NCBI GenBank assembly: GCA_963771355.1
Contig: CAVYTA010000008.1
Coordinates: 1-64,000 of the forward strand
Length of the DNA stretch: 64,000 nt
Reading direction: 5' to 3'
DNA from: an uncultured Candidatus Rokubacteria bacterium
GTDB taxonomy: Bacteria > Methylomirabilota > Methylomirabilia > Rokubacteriales > CSP1-6
The position numbers and the translations under genes were made by a program. Shown here one piece after another: positions 1 through 10,459 of this stretch (within the stretch, counting starts at the first letter, position 1; each line of letters opens with the position of its first letter). The notes below the pieces were generated by a model, which was not told the DNA's origin, did not search any database, and worked only from the letters and a program-made list of their open reading frames with translations.

Positions 1-67
1 ATCGGTACCCTTGGATCAGATCAAGGAGCCGGCGACGTGATTCTGCTGTCGAGGGCCTATTTCTCAT
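1..67 (-). CDS. 5' part of a gene running off the window edge; possibly an O-methyltransferase N-terminal dimerisation region
   Basis: Manual translation from ATG 67: MRNRPSTAESRRRLLDLIQGYR; GGGAG upstream; not in ORF track. Confidence 0.4.
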   Translation of the reverse strand, partial: MRNRPSTAESRRRLLDLIQGYR

Positions 68-130
68 GGTGAGCTCCCTAGCGTCATCGTCATCGATAGG
101 CGGGCGGATCATCGCCAGGACGTGCCGCAG

Positions 131-1114
131 TCACTCGATCACCTGATCCGCCCGCGCAAGCACAGACGGCGGGATCGTGAGGCCGAGCGCCTTGGCGGTC
201 TTCAGGTTGATCACCAGCTCGAACTTGGTCGGCTGCTCGACTGGCATGTCGGCGGGCTTGGCGCCCTTCAGAATCTTGTCGACGTAGGTGGAGGCGCGTC
301 GAAAGAGATCAGGGAGGCTCGGCCCATAGGACATCAAACCCCCGTCGTGGGCGTAGGCGCGCACCCCGTAGACGGCAGGAAGGCGGTTCCGGGCCGCAAA
401 CTCGATCAGGCGTCGCCGGTTCACAAAGGCCACCTGGCTATCAAACGGCATAAACGCCGTGGCTCGCTCACGCTCGATGGCTGCGAGCGCAATCTCCAGG
501 TCATCGGGAGTTCGCACCGGATGCGATCGGACCTCGATTCTCAACGCCTGCCCACTGGCCTCAACATCCTTATGGGATGGTAGATGCGCCGGATTCGAGG
601 GGTCCCAGATCACCGCGATCCGCGACGCGCCAGGGGCGATCTCGCGGAGCAGTTGAAGTTGTTTCCCTGCGTACTCGGCCTGGGAGGATAGCCCGGTGAC
701 GTTTCCACCAGGGCGGGCAAGGCTAGCGACCAGCCCGGACCCAACTGGATCACCGACGTACACCATCACAATTGGGATCGTCCCGGTCGCTTGTTTCGCG
801 GCCTTGGCCGCTGGAGTGCTTGACACAACAATCACGTCCACTTGGAGCCGGACGAACTCGGAAGCAAAATCGGTGAAGCGCTCGGCCCTGCCCTCTGAGT
901 ACCGGCGCTCGATCGAGAGATTCTGGCCCTCGACATAGCCCCCCTCCCGGAGCCCTTCCTGGAACGCTTCCCAAAGGGGAAGCGTGGCGGGAGTGGTCAC
1001 AGTTGTCCCGAGAAAGCCAATGCGGTAGACCTTCACCACCCGTTGCGCTTCGGCAGCGAGCGGCGTTGCGAGGACGCCGGCCAGCGAGGTCAGCAGGAAG
1101 CGGCGGCGGTCCAT
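131..1114 (-). CDS. ABC-type substrate-binding protein (ABC_sub_bind/PF04392-like), Tat-like signal
   Basis: True start MDRRRFLLTSLAG at 1114 inside track ORF 131..1813; LVASLARPGGNVTG and PVEQPTKFELVINLKTAKALGL motifs; TGATG overlap with upstream paralog. Confidence 0.9.
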   Translation of the reverse strand: MDRRRFLLTSLAGVLATPLAAEAQRVVKVYRIGFLGTTVTTPATLPLWEAFQEGLREGGYVEGQNLSIERRYSEGRAERFTDFASEFVRLQVDVIVVSSTPAAKAAKQATGTIPIVMVYVGDPVGSGLVASLARPGGNVTGLSSQAEYAGKQLQLLREIAPGASRIAVIWDPSNPAHLPSHKDVEASGQALRIEVRSHPVRTPDDLEIALAAIERERATAFMPFDSQVAFVNRRRLIEFAARNRLPAVYGVRAYAHDGGLMSYGPSLPDLFRRASTYVDKILKGAKPADMPVEQPTKFELVINLKTAKALGLTIPPSVLARADQVIE

Positions 1115-2100
1115 CACTCGATCACCTGATCCGCCTGCAGCAGGAGCGACGGCGGGATCGTCAGGCCGAGGGCCTTGGCCGTCTTGAGATTGATCACCAG
1201 CTCGAACTTGGTCGGCTGCTCCACGGGCAGGTCGGCGGGCTTGGCGCCCTTCAGGATCTTGTCCACGTACACGGCGCTGCGCCGGAAGAGATCGAGAAAG
1301 CTCGGCCCGTAAGACATGAGACCCCCGGCCTCCACACTCTCCCTGACGCCGTATACTGCCGGCAGGCGGCTCCTGGCTGCGAGGTCTGCGAGCCGTGCTC
1401 GGTGGGAGTTGAGCATCGCATCTGACAGTACGAGGAGGGCTCCCACGCGCTCTTTGGCCATCGCCGCGAATGCGCCGTCGAACTCGTTGGGACCTCGAGC
1501 CTCCAGGAGTTGAAGCTGCACTCCCAACGACCGGGCCGCGACGTTCACTTCTCTTATCGCGAGCTGGTGGTACGCATTGGTCGGATTCGAGAGGAGGGCC
1601 ACACGGCGGATCTTGGGGACGGTCTCCTTGAGCAGCTCCAGTTGTTTGGCGACGATGTCCAGGCCGGCGTAGCCGGACACCCCGGTGACGTTCCCGCCCG
1701 GGCGCGCGAGGCTCGCCATGAGCCCGATGCCAACAGGATCGCGAACGGCAATCATGACGATGGGGATCGTCTCGGTGGCGTTCTTGGCTGCCGTCACTCC
1801 TTGCGTCCCCCACGATACGATGAGGTCCACCTTGACCCGGACCAGCTCGGCCGCCAAGTCGGGCAGCCGGTCGACCCGACCCTCCGCATATCGATAGTCG
1901 ATGACAATATTCTGGCCCTCAACCCACCCGAGCTCGCGCAGCCCTTGCCGGAACGCGTCGAGCAGGAGCGGCCTATCGGAAGGGGACGTCAAGCTAAGAA
2001 AACCTATCCGAGGCACCTTTCCCGCCTGCTGCGCCTCGGCGGCGAGCGGCACGGCGAGGAGACTTGCTGGGACCATCGCTAGGAAGGTTCGTCGCTCCAT
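1114..2100 (-). CDS. ABC-type substrate-binding protein (ABC_sub_bind/PF04392-like), paralog of 131..1114
   Basis: Start MERRTFLAMV at 2100; same family motifs; near-identical C-terminus. Confidence 0.9.
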   Translation of the reverse strand: MERRTFLAMVPASLLAVPLAAEAQQAGKVPRIGFLSLTSPSDRPLLLDAFRQGLRELGWVEGQNIVIDYRYAEGRVDRLPDLAAELVRVKVDLIVSWGTQGVTAAKNATETIPIVMIAVRDPVGIGLMASLARPGGNVTGVSGYAGLDIVAKQLELLKETVPKIRRVALLSNPTNAYHQLAIREVNVAARSLGVQLQLLEARGPNEFDGAFAAMAKERVGALLVLSDAMLNSHRARLADLAARSRLPAVYGVRESVEAGGLMSYGPSFLDLFRRSAVYVDKILKGAKPADLPVEQPTKFELVINLKTAKALGLTIPPSLLLQADQVIE

Positions 2101-2285
2101 CACGGGTCCACGCTCAGCTTCTCCAGTGCCGCCTCGAGCAGCGCCCGGATCTCCGCGTCGCGTTCCCGCCGGGCCTCGGCCTTCCGCTGGCGGCTCCGGG
2201 CCGCCCGACACCGGCCGGAGAAGACCTCCTGGCCGGCGTGGATCGGCACCTTCTGGCAGACGGGGCATAGCCGGGAGGCTAGCAC
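2100..2285 (-). CDS. small hypothetical protein with CPVC...SGRC motif and basic helix
   Basis: GTG 2285 after GAGGGGG; VLASRLCPVCQKVPIHAGQEVFSGRCRAARSRQRK; its TGA overlaps the next ATG. Confidence 0.55.
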   Translation of the reverse strand: MLASRLCPVCQKVPIHAGQEVFSGRCRAARSRQRKAEARRERDAEIRALLEAALEKLSVDP

Positions 2286-2316
2286 GCCCCCTCTAGCGGG
2301 CGCACGTACGCCGTCC

Positions 2317-2669
2317 AGGCTGCAGCGGGCCCGGGGTGCTATCATTCCGTGGGTGTTCCACCGGAACGGGAAACCGATTCTCGACTTCCGGGGGGCGTGG
2401 CAAGCGGCCTGCCGGAAGGCTGGTGTCCCTGGCCGCATCCCCCATGACTTTCGCCGGACGGCCGTGCGGAACCTCGAGCGGGCGGGGTCCCGCGCTCCAC
2501 CGCGATGGCGATGGTGGGACACAAGACGGAGGCGGTCTATCGGCGGTACGCCATCGTCGACTCGGCCATGCTACAAGAAGGGGCCGCCAAGCTGGCGGCG
2601 TTCCATGCTGGGCAAAGTATTGGGCACGGTGGCCCGACCCGGAACGTGCGGGTCATGGTAAGGTCTTGA
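2317..2669 (+). pseudogene. C-terminal remnant of a tyrosine recombinase/integrase, frameshifted
   Basis: IIPWVFHRNG...RIPHDFRRTAVRNLERAG, then after adding one G to the run at 2484-2487 VPRSTAMAMVGHKTEAVYRRYAIV (HxxR, H, Y catalytic motifs); N-terminal domains absent. Confidence 0.85.
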
Positions 2670-2678
2670 AAAGACAAC

Positions 2679-2766
<88 letters not shown>

Positions 2767-2786
2767 TCCCTGAGCCAGGAGTCACG

Positions 2787-4055
2787 ATGAAAGTCGCTGT
2801 CGAGGAGATAGGAGCCTGCAAGCGGCGCCTCCAGGTGGAGGAGGCGCCGGAAGTGGTTCGCACCGCCTGGGAGAAGGCCTTCAACCGCGTGCAGCGCGAG
2901 GCGCGGCTGCCCGGTTTCCGCAAGGGGAAGGTGCCGCGGAGCATGGTCAAGCTCCACTTCTCCGATGACGTGAAGCAGGAGGTGGCCCGCAGCCTCATCC
3001 CCGAGGTGTACCGGCAGGCGCTCGACGAGACCAAGCTCAAGCCGGTCGAGGAGCCGGACCTCCAGGAGGTCCGCCTCGAGGAAGATTCGCCCCTGTCGTT
3101 CTCGGCGGTGGTGGAGATCAAGCCCACCATCACGCTGGGCGACTACGCCGGCCTCGCGGTGAAGCACGAGCCGAAGCCCCTCACCGACGACGAGGTGGAC
3201 GAGACGATCAACCAGTTCCGCGAGCAGCACGCGGAGTTCCGCGTGGTGGAGCGCCCCGCCGACCTCGGCGACCTCGTGATCGTGGACTACACCCTCGCCC
3301 CCGAGGGCATGGACCCCCGCACCGAGGAAGGGTACGGCTTCGTCCCCGGCCAGGGTCAGGTGATGCCGGAGATGGAGGAGGCGGTCATCGGCCTCGCCGC
3401 CGGCGGCACCCGTACCACACGCCTCAAGTTCGCCGACGACCACCGCACCGAGGCGCTGCGCGGCAAGACCGGCGAGGCAACGGTGACGGTGAAGGAGGTC
3501 AAGGAGAAGGTCCTCCCCGTGCTCGACGACGAGTTCGCCAAGACCATGGGCCCCTTCGAGACGATGGACGCGCTGAAGGCCGAGCTGCGCAAGGATCTCC
3601 AGGTCCGTCGCGACCGGGAAAACCGCCGCGCCCTCGAGGACGCGGTGGTGGAGACGCTCCTGAGCACGCACGACTTCCAGGTGCCGGACGCGCTGGTCCT
3701 GCGCCAGGTTGGCCATCAGATCGAGCACACGCGCGAGCGGCTGCGCCGCCAGGGCGTGGACCCGGACAAGCTCCCCTGGGACTACCCCAAGCTTCTCGAA
3801 GAGCTCAAGCCCGGCGCGGAGAAGGCGGTCAAGCGGGCGCTGCTCCTGGAGGCCATCGCCGAGAAGGAAGGCCTGGCCCCCGCCGAAGAGCAGGTGGACG
3901 CCGAGGTGGAGCGGATCGCCCAGGCCGGCCAGCGGCCGGCCCCCGCGGTGCGCCGGATGATGGAGCAGAGCGGGGACCTCGACAGCCTCCGCTATTCGCT
4001 CCGCGAAAGCCGGACCCTCGACCACCTGATCGAGCGGGCGAAGATCGCTCCCTGA
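2787..4055 (+). CDS. tig: trigger factor
   Basis: PGFRKGKVP ribosome-binding motif; tRNA-Leu-tig-clpP-clpX order. Confidence 0.96.
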   Translation: MKVAVEEIGACKRRLQVEEAPEVVRTAWEKAFNRVQREARLPGFRKGKVPRSMVKLHFSDDVKQEVARSLIPEVYRQALDETKLKPVEEPDLQEVRLEEDSPLSFSAVVEIKPTITLGDYAGLAVKHEPKPLTDDEVDETINQFREQHAEFRVVERPADLGDLVIVDYTLAPEGMDPRTEEGYGFVPGQGQVMPEMEEAVIGLAAGGTRTTRLKFADDHRTEALRGKTGEATVTVKEVKEKVLPVLDDEFAKTMGPFETMDALKAELRKDLQVRRDRENRRALEDAVVETLLSTHDFQVPDALVLRQVGHQIEHTRERLRRQGVDPDKLPWDYPKLLEELKPGAEKAVKRALLLEAIAEKEGLAPAEEQVDAEVERIAQAGQRPAPAVRRMMEQSGDLDSLRYSLRESRTLDHLIERAKIAP

Positions 4056-4089
4056 GGTACACTATTCAGTAATGGCAAGGAGGCGTCCG

Positions 4090-4716
4090 ATGGGCTTGGT
4101 TCCGATGGTGGTCGAGCAAACACCCCGCGGGGAGCGGGCATTCGACATCTTCTCCCGGCTGCTCAAGGAGCGGATCATCTTCCTTCCCACCTACATCGAG
4201 GACGAGATCGCCAACCTCGTGATCGCGCAGATGCTCTTCCTCGAGGCCGACGATCCCGACAAGGACATCAACCTGTACATCAACTCGCCGGGCGGCTCGG
4301 TGACGGCGGGGATGGCCATCTACGACACCATGCAGTACGTGAAGCCGGACATCTCTACCATCTGCATGGGTCAGGCCGCCTCCATGGGCGCGCTGCTCCT
4401 GACGGCGGGGGCCCGGGGCAAGCGCTTCGCGCTGCCGCACTCGCGTATCATGATTCACCAGCCCCTGGGCGGCGTGCAGGGCCAGGCCACCGACATCGAC
4501 ATCCAGGCCCGCGAGATCCTGCGCATGCGCGAGGAGCTGAACCGCATCCTCGTGCACCACACCGGGCAGTCCATGGAAAAGATCCAGCGGGACACCGACC
4601 GCGACTTCTTCATGACCGCGGAGCAGGCCAAGGAATACAAGATCGTGGACGAGGTCATCTCCTCCAAGCCCACCCCGCGCCCGGTCCCGGCCGAGGCGGC
4701 GGCGGTCGCCAAGTAG
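4090..4716 (+). CDS. clpP: Clp protease proteolytic subunit
   Basis: [31 protein letters not shown] supports ATG 4090. Confidence 0.97.
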   Translation: MGLVPMVVEQTPRGERAFDIFSRLLKERIIFLPTYIEDEIANLVIAQMLFLEADDPDKDINLYINSPGGSVTAGMAIYDTMQYVKPDISTICMGQAASMGALLLTAGARGKRFALPHSRIMIHQPLGGVQGQATDIDIQAREILRMREELNRILVHHTGQSMEKIQRDTDRDFFMTAEQAKEYKIVDEVISSKPTPRPVPAEAAAVAK

Positions 4717-4721
4717 GTCAC

Positions 4722-5969
4722 ATGGCCCGTCAGCGAGAGGGCGGCGGCTCGCTGAAGTGCTCGTTCTGCGGCAAGAGTCAGAACGACGTCCGCAAGCTCA
4801 TCGCCGGCCCCACCGTCTACATCTGCGACGAGTGCATCGAGCTCTGCAACGACATCATCGCGGACGAGTGGGAGGAGGAGAAGAGTCGGGAGATCCGGAG
4901 CCTCCCCAAGCCCGCCGAGATCAAGCAGGTCCTCGATCAGTACGTGGTGGGGCAGGAACGGGCCAAGAAGGTGCTCGCCGTCGCCGTGCACAACCACTAC
5001 AAGCGCATCGAGGCCGGCGCCGACTCGGGGGACGTGGAGCTGCAGAAGGCGAACATCCTCCTCATCGGTCCCACCGGCTCCGGCAAGACCCTCCTCGCCC
5101 AGACCCTCGCCCGCATGCTCCAGGTGCCGTTCACCATCGCCGACGCCACCACCCTGACCGAGGCGGGCTACGTGGGCGAGGACGTGGAGAACATCATCCT
5201 GCGATTGCTCCAGGCGGCGGACTACGACGTGGAACGGGCCCAGCGCGGCATCGTCTACATCGACGAGATCGACAAGATCGCGCGGAAGTCCGAGAACCCC
5301 TCCATCACCCGCGATGTCTCCGGGGAGGGCGTCCAGCAGGCGCTCCTCAAGATCCTCGAGGGCACGGTGGCCAACGTGCCGCCCCAGGGCGGGCGCAAGC
5401 ATCCCCACCAGGAGTTCATCCAGGTCGATACGACGAACGTGCTCTTCATCTGCGGCGGCGCCTTCGTGGGCATCGACAAGATCGTGGAGAACCGGGTGGG
5501 CAAGAGCGGCATGGGCTTCGGCGCCGAGGTGAAGAGCCGTGAGGATCGCCGGGTGGGTGATCTGCTCGCCATGGTGCAGCCGGAGGACCTCCTCAAGTTC
5601 GGGATGATCCCCGAGTTCGTGGGCCGGCTCCCGGTGGTGGCGACCCTGCACGACCTCGACGAGCCGGCGCTGATCCGCATCCTCCGGGAGCCGAAGAACG
5701 CCGTGATCAAGCAGTACCAGAAGTACTTCGAGCTCGAGCGCGTGCGGCTCAAGTTCACCGACGACGCGGTGGCCGCCATCGCCCGCGAGGCGATCAAGCG
5801 GGGCACCGGCGCCCGGGGCCTGCGCGCGGTGCTGGAGGAGGTCATGCTCGAGATGATGTACGATCTGCCCTCCATCCCCGAGCTGAAGGAGTGCATCATC
5901 ACCCGCGAGGTCATCCTCTCCCGCGAGCGGCCGATCCTCATCCAGGAGCAGAAAGAACAGTCCGCGTAG
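4722..5969 (+). CDS. clpX: Clp protease ATP-binding subunit
   Basis: CSFCGK zinc finger, [26 protein letters not shown]. Confidence 0.98.
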   Translation: MARQREGGGSLKCSFCGKSQNDVRKLIAGPTVYICDECIELCNDIIADEWEEEKSREIRSLPKPAEIKQVLDQYVVGQERAKKVLAVAVHNHYKRIEAGADSGDVELQKANILLIGPTGSGKTLLAQTLARMLQVPFTIADATTLTEAGYVGEDVENIILRLLQAADYDVERAQRGIVYIDEIDKIARKSENPSITRDVSGEGVQQALLKILEGTVANVPPQGGRKHPHQEFIQVDTTNVLFICGGAFVGIDKIVENRVGKSGMGFGAEVKSREDRRVGDLLAMVQPEDLLKFGMIPEFVGRLPVVATLHDLDEPALIRILREPKNAVIKQYQKYFELERVRLKFTDDAVAAIAREAIKRGTGARGLRAVLEEVMLEMMYDLPSIPELKECIITREVILSRERPILIQEQKEQSA

Positions 5970-5981
5970 CGTAGCGGGCGC

Positions 5982-6112
5982 GAGCGCAGCCGGGGGCGGG
6001 GCGCTCGCTTGCTCAGTACAGCATTCGCCTCGAGCGCCCCGCCCCCGGCTGCGCTCTCCACGGCTCAACACAGCATTCGCCTCGAGCGCCCCCGCCCCCC
6101 GGCTGCGCTCTC
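5982..6112. repeat. REP/BIME-like cluster: one inverted and two direct copies of a 26-28 nt GC-rich unit
   Basis: 5982-6007 is the exact reverse complement of 6031-6056; 6011-6058 recurs at 6063-6112; lies between convergent genes. Confidence 0.85.
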
Positions 6113-6136
6113 ATCCGCCAACGACGCATGACCCTT

Positions 6137-6976
6137 TCAACCCCCGGCTTCGGCTTCGATGTAGGCGAGGGGTACCGTCAGGGCCAGCTCGCCCCGTTCT
6201 TCGGCCAGGCGGTTCAGGCCGGCCTCGAGCGCCCCGAAGATGTCTTCCTCCGTCTCCGGCGTGACCACGCTCCGCCAGCCGTCGAGGAAGCCCAGCCGGA
6301 TGAAGTAGTGGTGGAGGAGCGCGCTCCCGTCGGCAAAGCGCATCGGGAAGTCGCGCTGCATCGCGCGGGCGACCCGGAAGCCGGCGCGCCCGAGGCGCTC
6401 GGCGATGCTCGATACCGAGCCGCGATGGGCCACGTGGCGGCGGAGCGCGGCGAGGGCGTCCGGGCGCCCGCGCTCGGCCAGCACCGCCTCGAACACCGCG
6501 TAGAGCTCCGCCATGTGCCCCTCGACATTGCTGGTCAGCGCGAGCCGCCCGCCCCGCTTCAGCACGCGCCCGCACTCGGCCAGGACCGCGTCCGGGTCCG
6601 CGAAGTTGTTGATGCCGAGGTTGGAGACGAGGAGGTCGAAGCGGGCGGCGGGAAACGGCATGGCGCCGCCATCTCCCCGCGTCAGGGTGACGTTGGCGAC
6701 GCCGATGACTCCCGCCTTGAAGCGCGCGCGTAGGAGCCCTTGAGTCCAGGGATCGAGACCATGCACGGTGGCGCCGGAGCCGAGCCGCTGGGCCAGCTCG
6801 AGGAGCGGGAAGCCCGTGCCACAGCCCACGTCCAGCACGGTGGCGCCCCGCGGGAGCGGCAGGTGCTCGAGGAGGAAGAGTCCGGCCATGGCGCACCAGA
6901 GGGGCAGCTCGTCGTAGGCCGCCACCGTGTCGGGCGCGGTGAAGTCCGGCGTCCCGCGCGCGAGGTACTCGGTCAC
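6137..6976 (-). CDS. class I SAM-dependent methyltransferase
   Basis: VLDVGCGTG motif I, FDLLVSN, GRVLKRGG. Confidence 0.88.
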   Translation of the reverse strand: MTEYLARGTPDFTAPDTVAAYDELPLWCAMAGLFLLEHLPLPRGATVLDVGCGTGFPLLELAQRLGSGATVHGLDPWTQGLLRARFKAGVIGVANVTLTRGDGGAMPFPAARFDLLVSNLGINNFADPDAVLAECGRVLKRGGRLALTSNVEGHMAELYAVFEAVLAERGRPDALAALRRHVAHRGSVSSIAERLGRAGFRVARAMQRDFPMRFADGSALLHHYFIRLGFLDGWRSVVTPETEEDIFGALEAGLNRLAEERGELALTVPLAYIEAEAGG

Positions 6977-7368
6977 ACGCGGTAGCGCTCGTCCACCGGG
7001 ATCTGGTAGGCGTCGGCGAGGGCGTTCGTCTCGCTCGCCATTCCCACCACCGCGAGCAGCTCGCCCAGCATCGCCTCCGTCATCCCCGCCTTGCGCGCGG
7101 AGGCGGTATGCGAGTGCACGCAGTACTCACAGGTGTGGGCCGCGCTCACCGCGAGGTAGAGCATCTCCTTGGTGAGAGGGTCGAGGGCGCCCGGCGCCAT
7201 GACCTGCTTGATGCTCTCCCAGGTCCGGCGCAGGGTCGGGGGGTGATGGGCGAGGGCCTTCCAGAAATTGTTCACCCAGTCGATCTTGCGGGTGGCCATG
7301 ATGTCGTCGTAGACGGCGCGCACCTCGGGCGGCGCCTCCGCATATTCGATCAGCTTCACCGTGGTCAT
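6973..7368 (-). CDS. carboxymuconolactone decarboxylase/AhpD-like protein
   Basis: LDPLTKEMLYLAVS...CEYCVHSH motif. Confidence 0.88.
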   Translation of the reverse strand: MTTVKLIEYAEAPPEVRAVYDDIMATRKIDWVNNFWKALAHHPPTLRRTWESIKQVMAPGALDPLTKEMLYLAVSAAHTCEYCVHSHTASARKAGMTEAMLGELLAVVGMASETNALADAYQIPVDERYRV

Positions 7369-7380
7369 GGGGGATGGTCC

Positions 7381-8151
7381 TCATCGCGCGCCCCGCCGCG
7401 CCCGCGGGCGGACGGGGTGTCGCATCCAGACATTGGGCTCTACGTAGCGGCCGCGGCCGCGCGCGCGGTCGATCGCCACGGGGTTGAAGGCGCCGGGCAC
7501 GACGTAGCGGCCGCTCTCGGGGAAGGTGAGGCCGGTCCACTCCTCCCACGCCGCCAGCGGGGCCTCCACCACCATGGCCCGCCGGGCGATGCGGACCACG
7601 CGCGCGCCGAGCCGCCAGTGCACGCGCAGCCAAGGGTCGAACGGCCCGCCACCCGGCACCCGCCAGCGGAGGTATTGCTCCATCGGCACCAGCGGATAGC
7701 GGCCCTTCAGCGTGGGCCGGACGGGCGCCACCAGCGCGCGGAGCCCATGTCGGGCGGCGATGCGGCCCATCTCCTGGATCACGCGCCCGCTCAGCCCGTG
7801 CCCGCGCAGCTTCGGATCCACCACCGCCGCCAGCGCGGACATCATATTTGGCGCGCGGCCGCGCCGGCGGTCGGCGATACCGCGCGCGACGACCTCCGAG
7901 ATCCGATGCGGGAGCTCGGCGACGGAGCGGTCCCAGCGGAAGGGAATGGTATTCCCGATCGCGACCACGCGGCCCCGCGCGTCCCAGAGGCCCAGCTGGA
8001 AGTCGGCGAAGTCCGGCCCGCGCGCGACCTCGTTGAAGAGCGGATTCAGCGCGGTGTCCTCGAGGAACCGGGGCCACGCGCGGAGGTGCAGGCGCCGGTC
8101 GTGGCGGGCCAGGTCGGGGCGCTCGGCAAGCGTATGAACGGTGAATCGCAC
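7381..8151 (-). CDS. GNAT-like acetyltransferase-fold protein
   Basis: VVDPKLRGHGLS motif A, APVRPTLK, DPWLRVH, YVEPNVW; GTG start 8151 inferred. Confidence 0.7.
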   Translation of the reverse strand: MRFTVHTLAERPDLARHDRRLHLRAWPRFLEDTALNPLFNEVARGPDFADFQLGLWDARGRVVAIGNTIPFRWDRSVAELPHRISEVVARGIADRRRGRAPNMMSALAAVVDPKLRGHGLSGRVIQEMGRIAARHGLRALVAPVRPTLKGRYPLVPMEQYLRWRVPGGGPFDPWLRVHWRLGARVVRIARRAMVVEAPLAAWEEWTGLTFPESGRYVVPGAFNPVAIDRARGRGRYVEPNVWMRHPVRPRARRGAR

Positions 8152-8193
8152 GGGAAGCCTCCCGGCGCAGTATGCCAGAATGTATGTGCACCG

Positions 8194-8991
8194 ATGGATG
8201 CTCCTCGTATCGCCGTTCCCTTCGCACTCCTGGCCGCGCTCGCGCTGGCCCCGCTCCCCTCGGCCCGTGCGGAGATGCCCGAGCCTGGCCTCCGTGAGCA
8301 GGAGTGGGCGCTGGCGGCGGCCCGGCGCCACTTCGAGGCGCGGCGCTACGAGCAGGCGCTCTCGCAGTTCGAGTCGGCCGGGCGCGACGGCGCGCCCGCG
8401 CTGTCTCCGGAGGCGTTGCGGCAGTGGGGGCTCGCCGCCTCGGAGACGGGCTGGCCACTCGCGGCCTGGGTCCGGCTCCGCCAGTATTTGGCCGCCGCGC
8501 CGGAAGCGCCGGACCGGCCCGACCTCGAGGCGCGCGCGGGGCGGGCCCGCACCGCGCTCCTCGCGCTGGCGCCCCGGCGGTCGCGCCTGGTGGCGACCCT
8601 GGACCGGCGCGACTTCGACGAGCCGCCGGAGCGGCGCATCGTGCGCCTAGTGGCCCGGGACGGCCAGGCCACCATCGAGGCGCTGTCGCAGGCCGGGCGT
8701 TCCGCGGCGCCGTGGGAGCGCGCGGGCGAGCTGCCTATCGAGGTCCATCTCCGCCTCGTCGCGCGCCTCCTCGACGCCCCCGCGGTCGCGGCGAACATCC
8801 CCGTCCAGGCCTTCGATCCCAACGAGGTGGGGCCGCGCCGGGCGGTGACGCTGCGCATCGTGGTGGGCGAGGAAGAGCGCCGGATCCAGGCGCTGCGCGG
8901 CGCGCCCTACGACGAGATCCGCGCGCTGGTGGCCGAGGTGCTCGAGTTCGCCCGGACCGCGCCGCTGGTGGGCGAGGGCGAGACCGACTGA
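8194..8991 (+). CDS. secreted hypothetical protein with TPR-like N-terminal helices
   Basis: Signal-peptide-like MDAPRIAVPFALLAALALAPLPSARA; TGATG coupling to rsmI. Confidence 0.6.
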   Translation: MDAPRIAVPFALLAALALAPLPSARAEMPEPGLREQEWALAAARRHFEARRYEQALSQFESAGRDGAPALSPEALRQWGLAASETGWPLAAWVRLRQYLAAAPEAPDRPDLEARAGRARTALLALAPRRSRLVATLDRRDFDEPPERRIVRLVARDGQATIEALSQAGRSAAPWERAGELPIEVHLRLVARLLDAPAVAANIPVQAFDPNEVGPRRAVTLRIVVGEEERRIQALRGAPYDEIRALVAEVLEFARTAPLVGEGETD

Positions 8992-9692
8992 TGCCGCCGG
9001 GCACGCTCTACGTCGTCGCCACGCCCATCGGCAATCTCGAAGACCTGACCCTGCGCGCGCTGCGCACGCTCAAGGAGGTGGCGCTGGTGGCCTGCGAGGA
9101 CACCCGCCGCACCCGCATGCTCCTCAGCCACTACGGCATCTCGGTGCCGGTGACGAGCTACTTCGAGCACAACAAGCGCGTGAAGGGCGAGGTGATCCTG
9201 CGCGCCCTCCGCGACGGCAAGTCGGTGGCCCTGGTCACCGACGCCGGCACCCCCGGCATCTCCGATCCCGGCTTCCGCCTCGTCAAGGACGCGCGCGCCG
9301 AGGGCATCCCGGTCACGCCCATCCCCGGCCCCTCCGCGGTGGTGACCGCGCTCTCCGCCGCCGGCGTACCCGCCGACCACTTCGTCTTCGAGGGCTTCCT
9401 GCCCGTCAAGCCCGGCCGCCGCCTCAACCGGCTGCGCGCGCTGCGCGAGCTCGAGACCACCATCGTCTGCTATGAGTCGCCCCACCGTATCGCGGCCAGC
9501 CTGGCCGCCATCGCCGAGATCTTCGGCGAGACGTCCATCGTATTGGCCCGCGAGCTCACCAAGCAGTTCGAGGAGATCGTGGAGGGGACGCCCGGCGCGC
9601 TCGCCGAGCGCTTCGCGGGCGTGGCGGCCCGGGGAGAATTCACCCTCGTCATCCCGTATACTAAGAGGCCATGCGTATCCCCAGGGCCCTGA
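8991..9692 (+). CDS. rsmI: 16S rRNA C1402 2'-O-methyltransferase
   Basis: LYVVATPIGNLED, ACEDTR, DAGTPGISDPG, YESPHR, ARELTK. Confidence 0.95.
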   Translation: MPPGTLYVVATPIGNLEDLTLRALRTLKEVALVACEDTRRTRMLLSHYGISVPVTSYFEHNKRVKGEVILRALRDGKSVALVTDAGTPGISDPGFRLVKDARAEGIPVTPIPGPSAVVTALSAAGVPADHFVFEGFLPVKPGRRLNRLRALRELETTIVCYESPHRIAASLAAIAEIFGETSIVLARELTKQFEEIVEGTPGALAERFAGVAARGEFTLVIPYTKRPCVSPGP

Positions 9693-10459
9693 CCATCGCC
9701 GGATCGGATTCCGGCGGCGGGGCCGGCATCCAGGCAGATCTCAAGACCTTCTCGGCCTTCCGCGTGTTCGGGATGTCGGTGATCACCGCGGTGACGGCGC
9801 AGAACTCCATCGGCGTCCAGGGGGTGGAGAGCTTGCCCCCCGCCTTCGTGGCCCAGCAGCTCGACTCCGTCCTCGACGATTTCGGCGCCGACGCCGTCAA
9901 GTGCGGCATGCTCGCGACGGCTCCCATCATCGTGGCGGTGGCCGAGGCACTGCGCGAGCGGGCGGTGACCAATCTCGTGGTGGATCCGGTGATGGTGGCC
10001 AAGTCCGGCGACCCCTTGTTGCCTCCCGATGCCCGCCGCGCGCTGGTCGAGCACATCCTGCCGCTGGCGCTGGTGGTCACGCCGAACCTGCCCGAGGCGG
10101 GCGCGCTGACCGGCTTTCCCGTCACCGACCGCGAGAGCATGGAGGCGGCGGCCCGCCGCATCGGCGAGCTCGGGCCGAGCCACGTGCTGGTCAAGGGCGG
10201 CCACCTCAAGGGTGATCCCCATGACCTCCTGTGGGACGGACACGTGTTCCGGGAGTTCCGCGGCGAGCGGATCGACTCGCCCAACACCCATGGCACCGGC
10301 TGCACGCTGTCGGCGGGCATCGCGGCGGGCCTGGCCCTCGGGGACTCCCTGACCGATTCCATCTCGCGCGCCAAGGCCTACGTCACGCGCGCCATCCTCG
10401 AAGGCTTCCAGGTCGGACACGGCGTCGGCCAGCTCCGGCACTTCCTGGTGGAGTGGTGA
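9671..10459 (+). CDS. thiD: hydroxymethylpyrimidine/phosphomethylpyrimidine kinase
   Basis: TIAGSDSGGGAGIQADLKTF, DPVMVA, HGTGCT. Confidence 0.95.
   Translation: MRIPRALTIAGSDSGGGAGIQADLKTFSAFRVFGMSVITAVTAQNSIGVQGVESLPPAFVAQQLDSVLDDFGADAVKCGMLATAPIIVAVAEALRERAVTNLVVDPVMVAKSGDPLLPPDARRALVEHILPLALVVTPNLPEAGALTGFPVTDRESMEAAARRIGELGPSHVLVKGGHLKGDPHDLLWDGHVFREFRGERIDSPNTHGTGCTLSAGIAAGLALGDSLTDSISRAKAYVTRAILEGFQVGHGVGQLRHFLVEW

Noticed and set aside
122..2082. Plus-strand ORFs with SLDHLIR (122..583, 1003..1425) and 1510..2082
   Set aside because: Antisense shadows of the binding-protein genes; their similarity just mirrors the conserved sense strand
5982..6112. Possible mini-CRISPR array
   Set aside because: Only two direct copies with almost no spacer, one inverted copy, and no cas genes
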